Position numbers and translations under genes: made by a program. This document shows, piece after piece, positions 38,305-49,500 of a DNA stretch of 64,000 nt; the stretch's first letter is position 1; each line of letters opens with the position of its first letter. Location: positions 12,971,703-13,035,702 of the forward strand of contig JAUZTB010000070.1 of the NCBI GenBank assembly GCA_034780895.1, read 5' to 3'. The stretch is from Rhynchobatus australiae (Eukaryota). The notes under the pieces are model-generated. The model was not told the DNA's origin, made no database searches, and saw only the letters and a program-made list of their open reading frames with translations.

Positions 38305-39400
38305 TTTTCTTCTTAGGCATTCACTCAGGATCAAGGATGACTTGCTTCCACTCTGGGTTTTCTGGATTCTGAGGCAGCTGGTGAGGCCAATGTAAGAAGT
38401 GCATCTGCCCCACTGATGGGGTAGGAGGTGACTGATGGGGTGGGTAGTCTGTGAGGTGGTACATTCATCCTGCCTGCTGCAGGGCTTCTGAGTGCTCCCA
38501 ATGCTTGTCCTTGAGGTTCTCAATACTATCCTGCATATTTCTTTTCCACCTTGAGTAGTCAATGGATAGGGTTCCCTGTATGGATGCTGCATTTTACAAA
38601 GCAGGCTCTGACCATACCCTTGAACTTATTTTCTTTGTACATCTGTAATTCCTTCCATGACAAAACTCAGAACAGGGTGTGTCATTGGGTATGTGCATGA
38701 CACGGCCAGACAAACAGCATTGACTGTGCTTAATCAGAGGTTCACTGTTCAGGAAGTTGGCCTGTGAGAGGTTATTGTCATTTGTTTGCTATTCCTTCAA
38801 ATAAATTTGGAGAATTTTGCTGACACAGCAATGGTGGTATTTTCCCAGTGCCTTGAGATGTCTACTGTACATAGTCCAGGTCTCAGAAACAGATAGGAAG
38901 GCAGGGATTACTCCTGCCNNNNNNNNNNNNNNNNNNNNNNNNNNNNNNNNNNNNNNNNNNNNNNNNNNNNNNNNNNNNNNNNNNNNNNNNNNNNNNNNNN
39001 NNNNNNNNNNNNNNNNNNNNNNNNNNNNNNNNNNNNNNNNNNNNNNNNNNNNNNNNNNNNNNNNNNNNNNNNNNNNNNNNNNNNNNNNNNNNNNNNNNNN
39101 NNNNNNNNNNGTGTGGACGTGGGATACTTTGGTAGAGAATCTTTGTCTTTCATATGTGGAGTGCAAGGCAAATCCCCTCATAGGCTTCTGTGAATAAGGC
39201 AACAATAACTTGTTGCTTGGCCTCCAAGCTCCTGTAAACACAAGCAATATCTCAATGACTGAGGTTGAGGTCACATTAGTTCTGGAGTCTGATTGCCATA
39301 GGTTGAACCATTTCCCATTAGTCCTGAAGACCAGCTCTACTCCCATGGGCAAAAGGGTAAAAGTTGCAATGAGAAAGATTAAGAGCAATGACAGCCTTGT
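38305..39400 (-). mobile_element. RTE-clade LINE, RT and 3' end
   Basis: ORF 38789..39388: GVELVFRTNGKWFNL and SETWTMYSRHLKALGKYHHCCVSKIL are RTE hallmarks; aagaagaa tail near 38305. Confidence 0.85.
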
Positions 39401-39589
39401 TTGACTTCACTGTGATTGGTTTCTGTTATAGATCTTTTGGTTATATCATGACTTGCAGGCTGTAATGAAGCAAACACAAATGATAAAGAAAGAGTGGGTA
39501 GCAGGTAGCCAAAATGAGAGAAGTGGAATGAAGTTCATTGTAAAATTTAGTCAAAATGATACCAGTGGCTTTGCATCATATGATTTTTA

Positions 39590-40150
39590 TAGAATCACAG
39601 AATGATATAGCACAGTGGGATCCATCCAACCCTTTGTACTTGATCCAGCAGTTTCAACAGTCAACCTGTTTAATCCCCTTTCTCTATTCTTTCTCCACAG
39701 CCTTGTAAAAGTTTCCTCTTCAAATATTCTCCACCAAAAGTAATCATTGAATCTAATTGCAGCACCTTTTAAGGTAGTGCATTCCAGATCTCAAACACAC
39801 ACTGTGTAAAATAAATTCTCCACTTCCCAGCTCTGATGCCATTGTTAATGAGCTGAATTCAGCTCACCCGTCAGTGGAAATTAATTACCTTATCTAATCT
39901 TTCATGAGTTTGAACACCTCTAACAAATCTCCTCTTAACCTCCATTGACACTTGAGAAAATTGAGCTTCTCTTGGCTCTCCACTTGGCCAATGCCCCACT
40001 TCCACAATTCTATTCTATCTTAGTAACTCTCCTTTGCACCCTCTCCAAGGGCTGGACATCCCCTCACGTGGTGCACAGGACTGAACACTATGCTCCTGCC
40101 GGGACTTAACCAGTAACTAATAACATTTATCTTAACACTCTTGCTTTTGC
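39590..40150 (-). mobile_element. CR1 3' fragment
   Basis: atagaatcacagaatgatatagcacag tail; tgcattccagat and tgcaccctctccaagg motifs. Confidence 0.75.
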
Positions 40151-40529
40151 ACAATGAAGATAGAAAAGTGTCCTAAACACAAAGTATATTTTGGCAAAAT
40201 TATATTCTATTTCCCAAATTTAGTTCAATTGACCTCCCCTTCCTAGTTCTTGGTGTAAGCCTTAATCAACCATTCAGTCTCTTACTTGTTTGCATTTCAA
40301 CCTGTGGCATAAGTCTGTGAGTCTACTGCCTTCAGGTGTCAGAGAGGGGCTCCTGAGACTCTGGACTCTCAGATTTTCAGTCTTTGTGAGCACGGATCCC
40401 AGGTAGTCCTGTATTAACCACTGGCAACTCTAGTCAACCTCAGATCGTCTACCCTGCCTGCAGTCAAACTCTTGCAGTCATCAGGAGACTGAGACTAAAC
40501 TGGAGTTGACGTATGTCCATTAAGACAGA

Positions 40530-41040
40530 CATAGAATAAAAAACATAGAACATACAACATAGAACAATACAGCACAGGAACAGGCCCTCTGACCCATGAT
40601 GTTGTGCTGAACTGATTAAACTAGTAATTAAATGCCTAACTAATCTATTCCCTTCTGACTGACTACACAATGTCCATATCCCTCCATTCTCTGCATATTC
40701 ATGTGCTTATCTATGAGCCTCTTTAATGCCTATAATGTATTTGCTTCCTCTACAACCCCAGGCAGCACATTCCAGGCACCTATCACTGTGTAAGAATACT
40801 TGCCCTTCCTGAGGGTCCTGACCCGAAACGTTGACCACCTGCTTTTCTCCACGGACGCTGCCTGGCCTGCTGAGTTNNNNNNNNNNNNNNNNNNNNNNNN
40901 NNNNNNNNNNNNNNNNNNNNNNNNNNNNNNNNNNNNNNNNNNNNNNNNNNNNNNNNNNNNNNNNNNNNNNNNNNNNCCTGCTTTTCTCCACGGACGCTGC
41001 CTGGCCTGCTGAGTTCCTCCAGCGTCATCGTATTTTTCAA
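40530..41040. mobile_element. CR1 3' end (minus, 40530-40805) joined to a young 5'-truncated Penelope-derived element (plus, 40806-41040)
   Basis: catagaac tail; then gagggtcctgacccgaaacgttgacc...ccacggacgctgcctggcctgctgagttcctccagc with CpGs retained. Confidence 0.8.
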
Positions 41041-42109
41041 CATATTATACCTGCTTTACATGCAAACTTCACGATGTGCTTAATAACAACTGGGAGCAGT
41101 TTATCGTCCCTGCAGTCTGACCCCGTGCTCATTCCCTGCCTTCTGTGCATGTGTACCTTTTACTGAGCAGATCCCACAGTACCACAGCTGGGTTTTATTA
41201 CTGGAACTCCCTTTACAGCAGCACTGTGGCTCATCTTCTCAAGGGCAGTCAGGATAAGCAACAACTGTTGGCCATGCCGGTGATGCCCACATCCCATAAA
41301 ATAAAAAGCAATGAGGTTATGGAAATGTTTAGTAGTCTCATGGGTTCTGAAAACATCCTTCTCTTAAAAAAGTCCGACATGGTAATCTGGATATTTGGCT
41401 TCAGCAGTTTTGAACAGAATCACAGGGCCATTCAACTTCAGGAGCCTTTATTTTTGCTACTTATTAGATAATCTCTACTCTACCTCAATTCCACTCACAC
41501 ACATTGATACTTAGTCCTTGAAACCTTTGCCTATGAAAAATATTTTAATTTTAATTTTGAAGCTTTTTCCAATGCTGAGCGTGGAACACATGTTTCCTGA
41601 TTTCAGGTATCGAAGCAGTTGAGTCCTAATTTTAAGATTATACTCTGTTCTGAATTCTTCATCAATTCCCTTACAGCTTAAACCTCAACTGAATCACTCT
41701 TCAACCTTCCTGACCCCTCNNNNNNNNNNNNNNNNNNNNNNNNNNNNNNNNNNNNNNNNNNNNNNNNNNNNNNNNNNNNNNNNNNNNNNNNNNNNNNNNN
41801 NNNNNNNNNNNNNNNNNNNNNNNNNNNNNNNNNNNNNNNNNNNNNNNNNNNNNNNNNNNNNNNNNNNNNNNNNNNNNNNNNNNNNNNNNNNNNNNNNNNN
41901 NNNNNNNNNNNNNNNNNNNNNNNNNNNNNNNNNNNNNNNNNNNNNNNNNNNNNNNNNNNNNNNNNNNNNNNNNNNNNNNNNNNNNNNNNNNNNNNNNNNN
42001 NNNNNNNNNNNNNNNNNNNNNNNNNNNNNNNNNNNNNNNNNNNNNNNNNNNNNNNNNNNNNNNNNNNNNNNNNNNNNNNNNNNNNNNNNNNNNNNNTTAT
42101 CTACAGAAG

Positions 42110-42640
42110 TTAAATTCCAGAAAAAAAAGGATGAGTTCTAGGAATGAGGGATTTCAGCTCTAGGGGAATCTGGGCTTGTTCTCTTTGGAACAGAAATGAT
42201 TGAGAGAAGATTTGATAAGTGGACACAGTCTTGACAGGTTTAGAAGGGGTAAACAGAGGAAAGCAGTTCTCATCAGTTGAAGTTTCAAGCACCAATGGAC
42301 CCAATCCAAAGTGATGGGCAGGGGATACAGGAGGGCAGTGCAGACAAACATTTTTTATGGAGTGACTGGTAATGATCTGGAATTCACTGCCAATAGAGTG
42401 TCATAGAATCATAGGGTCAAAGAACAGTACAGCACAAATACAGGCCCTTCAGCCCATCACATCTGAACTGACCTCTTTGCCCATCTACACTAATCCCACT
42501 TGCCTGCAGGAAACAGAGTGAATTGGGGCTTTTGAAATGAATTGAAAAGGCACTCAAGGGAAAGTGGCCAAGGAAAAGGAAAGAGGAGTAGGATGAGCTA
42601 GATTGCTCTATAAAGAGCTGGCATGGATTCAATGTGCTGC
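42110..42640. mobile_element. CR1 3' fragment (plus) interrupted by a minus-strand SINE/CR1 tail at about 42400-42510
   Basis: tctgggcttgttctctttggaacagaa...; insert catagaatcatagggtcaaagaacagtacagcacaaatacaggccc. Confidence 0.65.
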
Positions 42641-43569
42641 AGGGCCTCCTTGTGTGCCATAATGATACTACAATTCCATTATACTGTGTTTTACAGCAGG
42701 GTCAGTGAAGGTGATTCAGGTACAGAAATCCCATCACTGGATCAGACCTCTGGCCTAAGTGGTCCTCTGTATTTTTAATGCAGTAGTGTACATGAATTAT
42801 TCAATACAGTTATCTTAGAAAAGGAAAATTGTACAAAGGAGTATCTAACAATGCAATTCTGCTGAAAGACAGGAAGAAAGAGTTAGGGAAGATGGGTGGT
42901 GTTGGATAGAGAAGAGTTCAAAGCCATGCACCCTGGGGACAGACAAAATAACTTGGGTAGAAGGTGCACTTCCTAAAATATGACAGCTGCAGAAAACCAG
43001 GAGCTTAAGAAACAGGAGAAATGTAAAAAAAATTAAGGAGGCACACATAGTTTGGCAACATGATCAGTTATCCTACCACTAAACTTAATATATCTTCCAC
43101 AAGATCTGTTTTAGTAGCATGCACCATGGATGTATCACAAGCAGAAGGGAATATAATTCCAAGCTGTATCAATACAACTGCTAAAACTAAATGCAAACAC
43201 CATCTACGGAGAAGAAACATGAGCTCAAGCTTTGAAAGAAGGCACAGACATACTCAATTTATCTAAGGTGGTAAACATGTGGAATGGATTGCTCAGAAAA
43301 GCACTGGAAGCAGATAGTTTGGAATAAGTAACAGTGAAATCAGATGGAAATTTGAGAGAGTCAGTGACTGAGATCAGCCAGATGGTGTGCAGACCTTACT
43401 GGTTCTGTATTTTTGTCTGGTCCATTGGACCATGGTACAACGTTCAACAATGTACAGAACAATAGCATGCAATGCCATGATCATCACCCGGTTAGGCAGC
43501 TCACAGGGTTTGGTGCAGTACAGCACAAAACACTAGAGACACAGTTAGTTATACNNNNNNNNNNAGTGG

Positions 43570-44200
43570 AAAAGCCTTAATTCCAGAAGGAATTAAAGAA
43601 ATATGTTCCTGGTGGCAAGATGACGGGGGCTGTGGTAATGCAAAGGGGAATGGATGTACAGGTACACCAATCATTAGAAGCAGTGTACAGCTACAAAAAA
43701 AAAAGGGAATTAAAATGGCTAATTTATTATTGGAACACAAGCATGTGCAGAGTCTCAAACAGATCTGTCTGGACACTGAACTCAGTCTTGGGCATTGAAT
43801 CTTAGGAAAAATATATCAACCTAGGAGGTTTTGAGTTTGAACTCACCAGAATATTATAGAGGCTTAAAGGGTTAAATTGTGAGGATTGGTTGCATACATT
43901 TTGCTTATGTTCCCCTGAGTTCAGAATGGTGAGGGGTGTGGAGATTAAAGACTAAAGTGATTTCAAATAGGATTGAGGCAACTTTTCATCTGGTGAGGAA
44001 GTCAGAAAGAGGGAGCATAATTTAACAATTAGAACCAGAGTATTTAGGAATGAAATCAGGAATCAGTTTTTCACCAAGTAATGCAATACTGCCATTCATT
44101 CCCTTAATGGTGTGCATGTTGTCAGATAGAACCAAGGTGGGTAAATGGAATTGAGACACAGAAAGTTCGAGGGGCCAGGACTCCTGAAGTTCATATAAGG
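43570..44200 (+). mobile_element. Old CR1 fragment
   Basis: caaagggga...gtacaggtacaccaatca and tttaggaatgaaatcagga motifs. Confidence 0.6.
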
Positions 44201-44494
44201 CACTTCAGAGGTAAGAGAGAGTAATGTGTACTGATCATAAATCAATTGATTGATGTGTTTGGAACAAACTCACACCAGGAGCAAGGTCTTGCAGTATTTA
44301 TGTAATTGGACCAATAATTTAGAGCCCTGTACTATTCAAGAGTATTGTGGCTCAGTGTCACCCTGAGCTCACATTCCTTCTCCAGGTTCACAATGCCTAC
44401 CTCACACCAGAATCTATCTATGACAATGGTGTCCGAGCTATCTGTAAGCCCCCATGCTCATTTTCAGCATGGAAACATTGCAAACAAGGTTAGT

Positions 44495-45170
44495 GTTTTA
44501 TTGTCCATTCCTAATTGCCTAAAGAAGGTGGTATTCAGCCATCTTCCTGAACTGCTGCAGTCCATGTAGTGAAAATATTCCCACTGTGTTGCTGAGTTTC
44601 ATGATCTAGATCCAGCAATGGTGGAGGATTGGTGATATAGTTCCAAGTCTTAGAGGGGAATCTGCAGCTGACAGTGCTCCCATGTGCCTGTTGCCCTTGT
44701 CCATTCTGGCGGCAGCTCATGCCTGAAAGTGGTCTAAGCTGGTAGTTAATCAATGGAGACATATGAGACTGCAGTTGCTGGAATCTATAACAACGAACAA
44801 CCTGCTGGAGGAACTCAGCGGGTTGAGCAGCATCTGTGGGAAGAAAGGAATTGTCAATGTTTCAGATCCTGATGCAGGGTTTTGACCCGAAACGTCAATG
44901 GTTCCTTTCCTCCCACTGATGCTGCTCGACCCGCTGAGTTCCTCCAGCAGATTGTTTGTTGCTGGTAATCAACCAAATTGGATTTATCCATTTTTTTATG
45001 AACAGGAAATACCTGGACAACTTTCCACATGATTGTGAAGGTGCCCACATTGTACTTGTACTGAAACAGCTTGGCTACAGCCCAGCTAGTTCTGGAGCTG
45101 TCTTCAGTATGATAGCTAGGATGTTGTGTGGTCGTTGTCCTTTGTTGTGTCTAGTGCTTTCAGCCGAATA
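44495..45170 (-). mobile_element. L2/CR1-group LINE fragments hosting a hairpin element
   Basis: MWKVVQVFPVHKKMDKSNLVDY resembles the pre-RT motif WK.A.V.PVHKK.DKS.P.NY; LINE tail near 44495. Confidence 0.7.
44755..44965. mobile_element. Best-preserved Penelope-derived hairpin, with hammerhead-like core at 44869-44896
   Basis: About 70-nt inverted arms; centre CTGATGC-A-GGGT-TTTG-ACCC-GAAA-CGTC. Confidence 0.85.
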
Positions 45171-46469
45171 AGCTGAAGTCTGTTACTGGCCTGAACTTGT
45201 AAGCAGACTTGCTGAAATTTATATCAGACCTTTAGGAAATCTTCGGCTTGTTCCTTGGTGCCAGAACTGCGATCAAACGTGGGAGTCATTTGTCGTATCG
45301 TGATTGCTTCCACCTGCATTCTGTTACATCATATAATACATCACAAAAATAGTGTGAACAGAGTAATGAATTGCAAACACGATGCTTAACCCTGTCACAT
45401 CAAGAAGTAAAGTACTCAGTACATGAGTTCACGGGTAGAGTAGAAATCTATCTCAATTAAAAGAGAGAAAATGCTGTGGTACTCACAAACATCAAGAGCA
45501 CAAGTGTATATTATCTGAATGCTCTGAGATGGATTAATGGAAAGGGAAACAGTGGCTGTAATGAGCTCTGTGCTGGTAGTATGAAGCCACTCTCATCAGT
45601 CTGCCCCTGACTTTATAGCTGTTTGTTTTCACTGGAAGCATTACAATCCTTCAGCGAACTCTATCCAGCACCATATGTGAACAGATAATTCCCAACCTGT
45701 CACAATTAGATGCAACCTGTTGAAATGAGCAAAGAATGATGGTGGGAGGTTGGTGAGAGCATGGTGGATGTGGGAATTGGTGTGGTGTGGAAAGACAACA
45801 AAGAATGTTAAACAGCTGCATTTATTCTACAGTAATTGCCTTTATAGCTAAGCTATTAATAAAAGAAATTAGCACCCAGTTATTAATCTTGGTGCTTTAA
45901 AGGTCTCTGTGATGGAATCATTTCAACCCAAGGAATTACAGCCTAATGTGAATGTTGAGAACCCACTATATTCAGCTACAAGATTATGGTTGAATTCTGA
46001 GGAATGAGGTACATCATTGAGTTAAAAGACTTGTCTGGCACTTGCAAAGCTCTAAATTCAGGCCACACANNNNNNNNNNNNNNNNCTTGCTATGACGTGG
46101 ATGAATGTTGGAGTGAATCCCGACGGTGCTTGACCACAAGCTCTATTAGGCCTTGACCTGGCCTAAAAACAATAAAGGCCTCTCTCTGACATATACTGCC
46201 CTGTTATTTGCCATTAACTAGGCACTTGCATTCTGAGAGACCATTAGAATGACCAGTCTGTAAAAGCAGAATGTCAAACTGTTCTCTGCTTGACCTTAGC
46301 TCTTTCAGTGACAGAAACCTGGAACATGTCTGCTGGATAGTATTAATCTGCATAAAGACTTTCATTAATTTCAGTATAGTGACACAACTCAGCTTGTACA
46401 CTAATAGCATTTATATAAACTTACCATACTTATGAATGTGTGAATGAACATTGCTGAAGGAGAATAGAA

Positions 46470-46555
46470 GGAGCTCTGAACCATATCTAACCCTTGGTGT
46501 ACCTGGGGCAGTGGAGAGAGCTCTGAACTATATCTAACCCTGCCGTACCTGGGGG
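46470..46555. repeat. Two copies of a ~48-bp unit
   Basis: gagctctgaac(c/t)atatctaaccct...gtacctgggg occurs twice. Confidence 0.75.
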
Positions 46556-49500
46556 TGCAGTGTGGAAACAGCTGTCAACTGTATGTATGCCAACTGTTAG
46601 CATTTCACACTGACAACCAGCATGTCTGGTCAACAATTGCTTGCAAAGTAAAGGGGNNNNNNGGCCCTATTTCTATTGCTAATGAAAAACACCTTGTCTG
46701 CTCTGTTCTGGTGAGATATTTTATAAGAATAGGAATTTCTACTTATCATAAACAATGATGGGGGACAATGCAGCCTGCACAGAATTATGCAGAGTATATA
46801 GCAGGGAAACAATCTACTTCACCCATCCCCTCATGCCACCATTAAAGCCTTCTTCAAGCATGTTCTTGTCTTATCGAAAGGATAACCTCTAAATGCATAA
46901 TTTTCATAGATCATCCCTGCTTGAAAGTATCTCTACCAATTGTCTCAAACACGTTTATTGTAAAAGAGTCCATGTTCTCTCCACTACCTTAAATTTAAAA
47001 AATTCTTCCAAATTCCCTTCTTGAATACTTAGTGACTGCTCTCTCTCTCGTTGACATTCCCAAATTTCAAAATTGTAATTCTAGTGCAAATCATTACTAT
47101 AGATTGTGGTCAACCATTGCTAATCCTTCTGGAACTCTGTCTTCAGCCTTTTGTTATTTTGAATAGCCAAGTCTTCATCTCTACTTTCTATCTTCAGTTT
47201 CAAAGCCAGGTTGTTATCCATTCTGCTTCAAGTCCTCTCTCTCTCTCCACATGTTCTGATCTGATTGTCTGATTATGTGGCACCTAACCGAAGACCTTTT
47301 GGAAATACAGATAAATTATATCCACTGCATTACATTTGTCTACCACCTCTTCAAACAACCCAGTGACAACCCTTTTGAAATCTCTTCTGAATGTACCTTA
47401 TAATATTTTTGGCTTCTGAATGTTTTTCTGTTTTCTCCTATTTCTCTGATGTTCCAACTTGTCTATGAACCCTTAGACATCTTCTATCTTCCTTATTATA
47501 TACTGCTATCCACTAGTCCTCTGGCACTACATCCATGAAGGGCCATTTTCTACGCTGGGTGGCTCTTTGACTTTATGATCACAGCCAAAGAGGGAGGAAA
47601 GGAAGAATTGAAAACAAAAAGGGTTAGATTGAAATAAAATGAAGGAAGAGGTGCTGAGCTGGAATGGTATTGCAGAGGGGAACTGCTGGGAGTAACAGTG
47701 AAGAGCTGGGACATAATTGGGAGATTGTAGGAAACTGGTGCAAGGCCACAAATGGATTGAAATGTGATTGGGAGTTCTGCAGTAGACTCACTCTGATGCA
47801 GGAGCAAGTGGAGAATGGAAAGGGCAGAGAGCAAAGACAATGGCTGCAGAAGTCTGGAAGATCTGAAATTTGTGTAGGGAAGTAGCCAGGGAGGGGAACA
47901 AGCAGGCCTCAGAATGATAACAATACTGATTAGACTTCCAGCCACAAGGAAGAGATGTGTGTGAAGATTATGAAGGTTTAAATTTGAGATCTTTGTAACA
48001 ACCACTGTATAATAGTTTGCTTTGGATTCCCCATTTTCTTCCACAATGTGAATAACAAGTGCCCAACACTTATTAAAAATGTTCAGTTTGCATACAGAAT
48101 TAATCAAAACCTGGACAGGTTTTGTCACAATGTTGAGCAAACTCACAGAGGACCCAAATACAGCACACCGATACAAGACTGGAGTCAGGATACTTCCTCA
48201 GGACAAACACANNNNNNNNNNNNNNNNNNNNNNNNNNNNNNNNNNNNNNNNNNNNNNNNNNNNNNNNNNNNNNNNNNNNNNNNNNNNNNNNNNNNNNNNN
48301 NNNNNNNNNNNGAGTGTCATTATACAATCAGTCCAGCATGGAATCCATGTGCTGGACAACAAGGCATTAAAGGAGCCAAATTGAGAGCTAGAACTCAGAA
48401 CCATGACAGGTTTGGGTTTTTAAGTTCTACTGATAAACCAAGAACTGCTTCAACAGTCATTGGTTCTGTTCCACACTCCAGTAAAGTGCAGGGAAATTTG
48501 TCCACAAATGTTTAAGGGAGATGTGTATGGAAAGCAAGGTAGAATCTGAATTCTTAGCCTGAAGGTCAAATGGTCAAGCCTGGCCTAATATTTCTCACAA
48601 CAGCTTCTTGAAGCTAATATCAATTCAGGATATCTATTGCAATCAGTGAAACCTTACTGGCATCCTTAATTGCTGAAGTGATACTTGAGGATAGATCTCT
48701 TTCAGAAATTGATTCTCCAGTAGAGGAAAATTAGAGAATACACTGAAATCAGGTAATCAGTGTCCAAAGCCAATTCTAACACTATGTTTCTTCAGTTACT
48801 GTTCCAGACAAAATAAACTACCATCAGCTTCAAACAGTCAGTAGTCCAGGAAAACGTAAACTTCTTAACCAAGTGCTCCCTTTTTAAACATAAAAGTTAT
48901 GCAATAGGATTGGCATTGCCCATTAAAACATGCAACGTCTCTCCAGATCTAAATTTGGGACATGTCTATCTAACCTCCGTTCCAGTGCAAATGGACCATT
49001 TGGCCCAAACCCAATTGTATAAGTATGAACACAAGTACAGCCAGAAGTATATGGAAAAATATGCAGAGGAAAGATCTTCACCAATGGCAATAAATACGCA
49101 AACAACATACTGAATTCTCTTGTGTCTGGGCTAAAATCTTTGATATCAGTTCAAAGAATGTTACTGTATACATCTCACCATCAAACCCTGCTTCTGGCTT
49201 GTTTTGCCTTCTTTACCTATTTAAAGTTTCAATGTCATTAAATGATCCAAACTTTGCTGAGCACACTGCATCTTGCAGCGTAGGGGAGGGAGAACATTTT
49301 GAACCCTGGCGTGCTCTCTTCTTAGATTTTATCAGTGGGAAAAAAATCCTTTGATTACAAAGGTATAAAATGCAACACTTCTCATTTCTGAATTTAGAAT
49401 GATCATTCAAGTAATAGTATAAACATGTCATTTTTGTTTTCTTAAGGAAACGGGCAGTTGGAGGAAAGACACCCTCGGTCAGTGGTGAGAGTCAGAGTCT

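Noticed and set aside
40843-41013. Direct repeats flanking 100-N gaps (also 50222/50342, 58633/58762, 61856/61974)
   Set aside because: Near-identical sequence on both sides of a fixed-size gap is typical of unmerged contig overlaps
47550-48176. 208-aa minus-strand ORF
   Set aside because: Leu/Ser/Pro-biased translation of pyrimidine-rich, probably decayed LINE sequence; no motif
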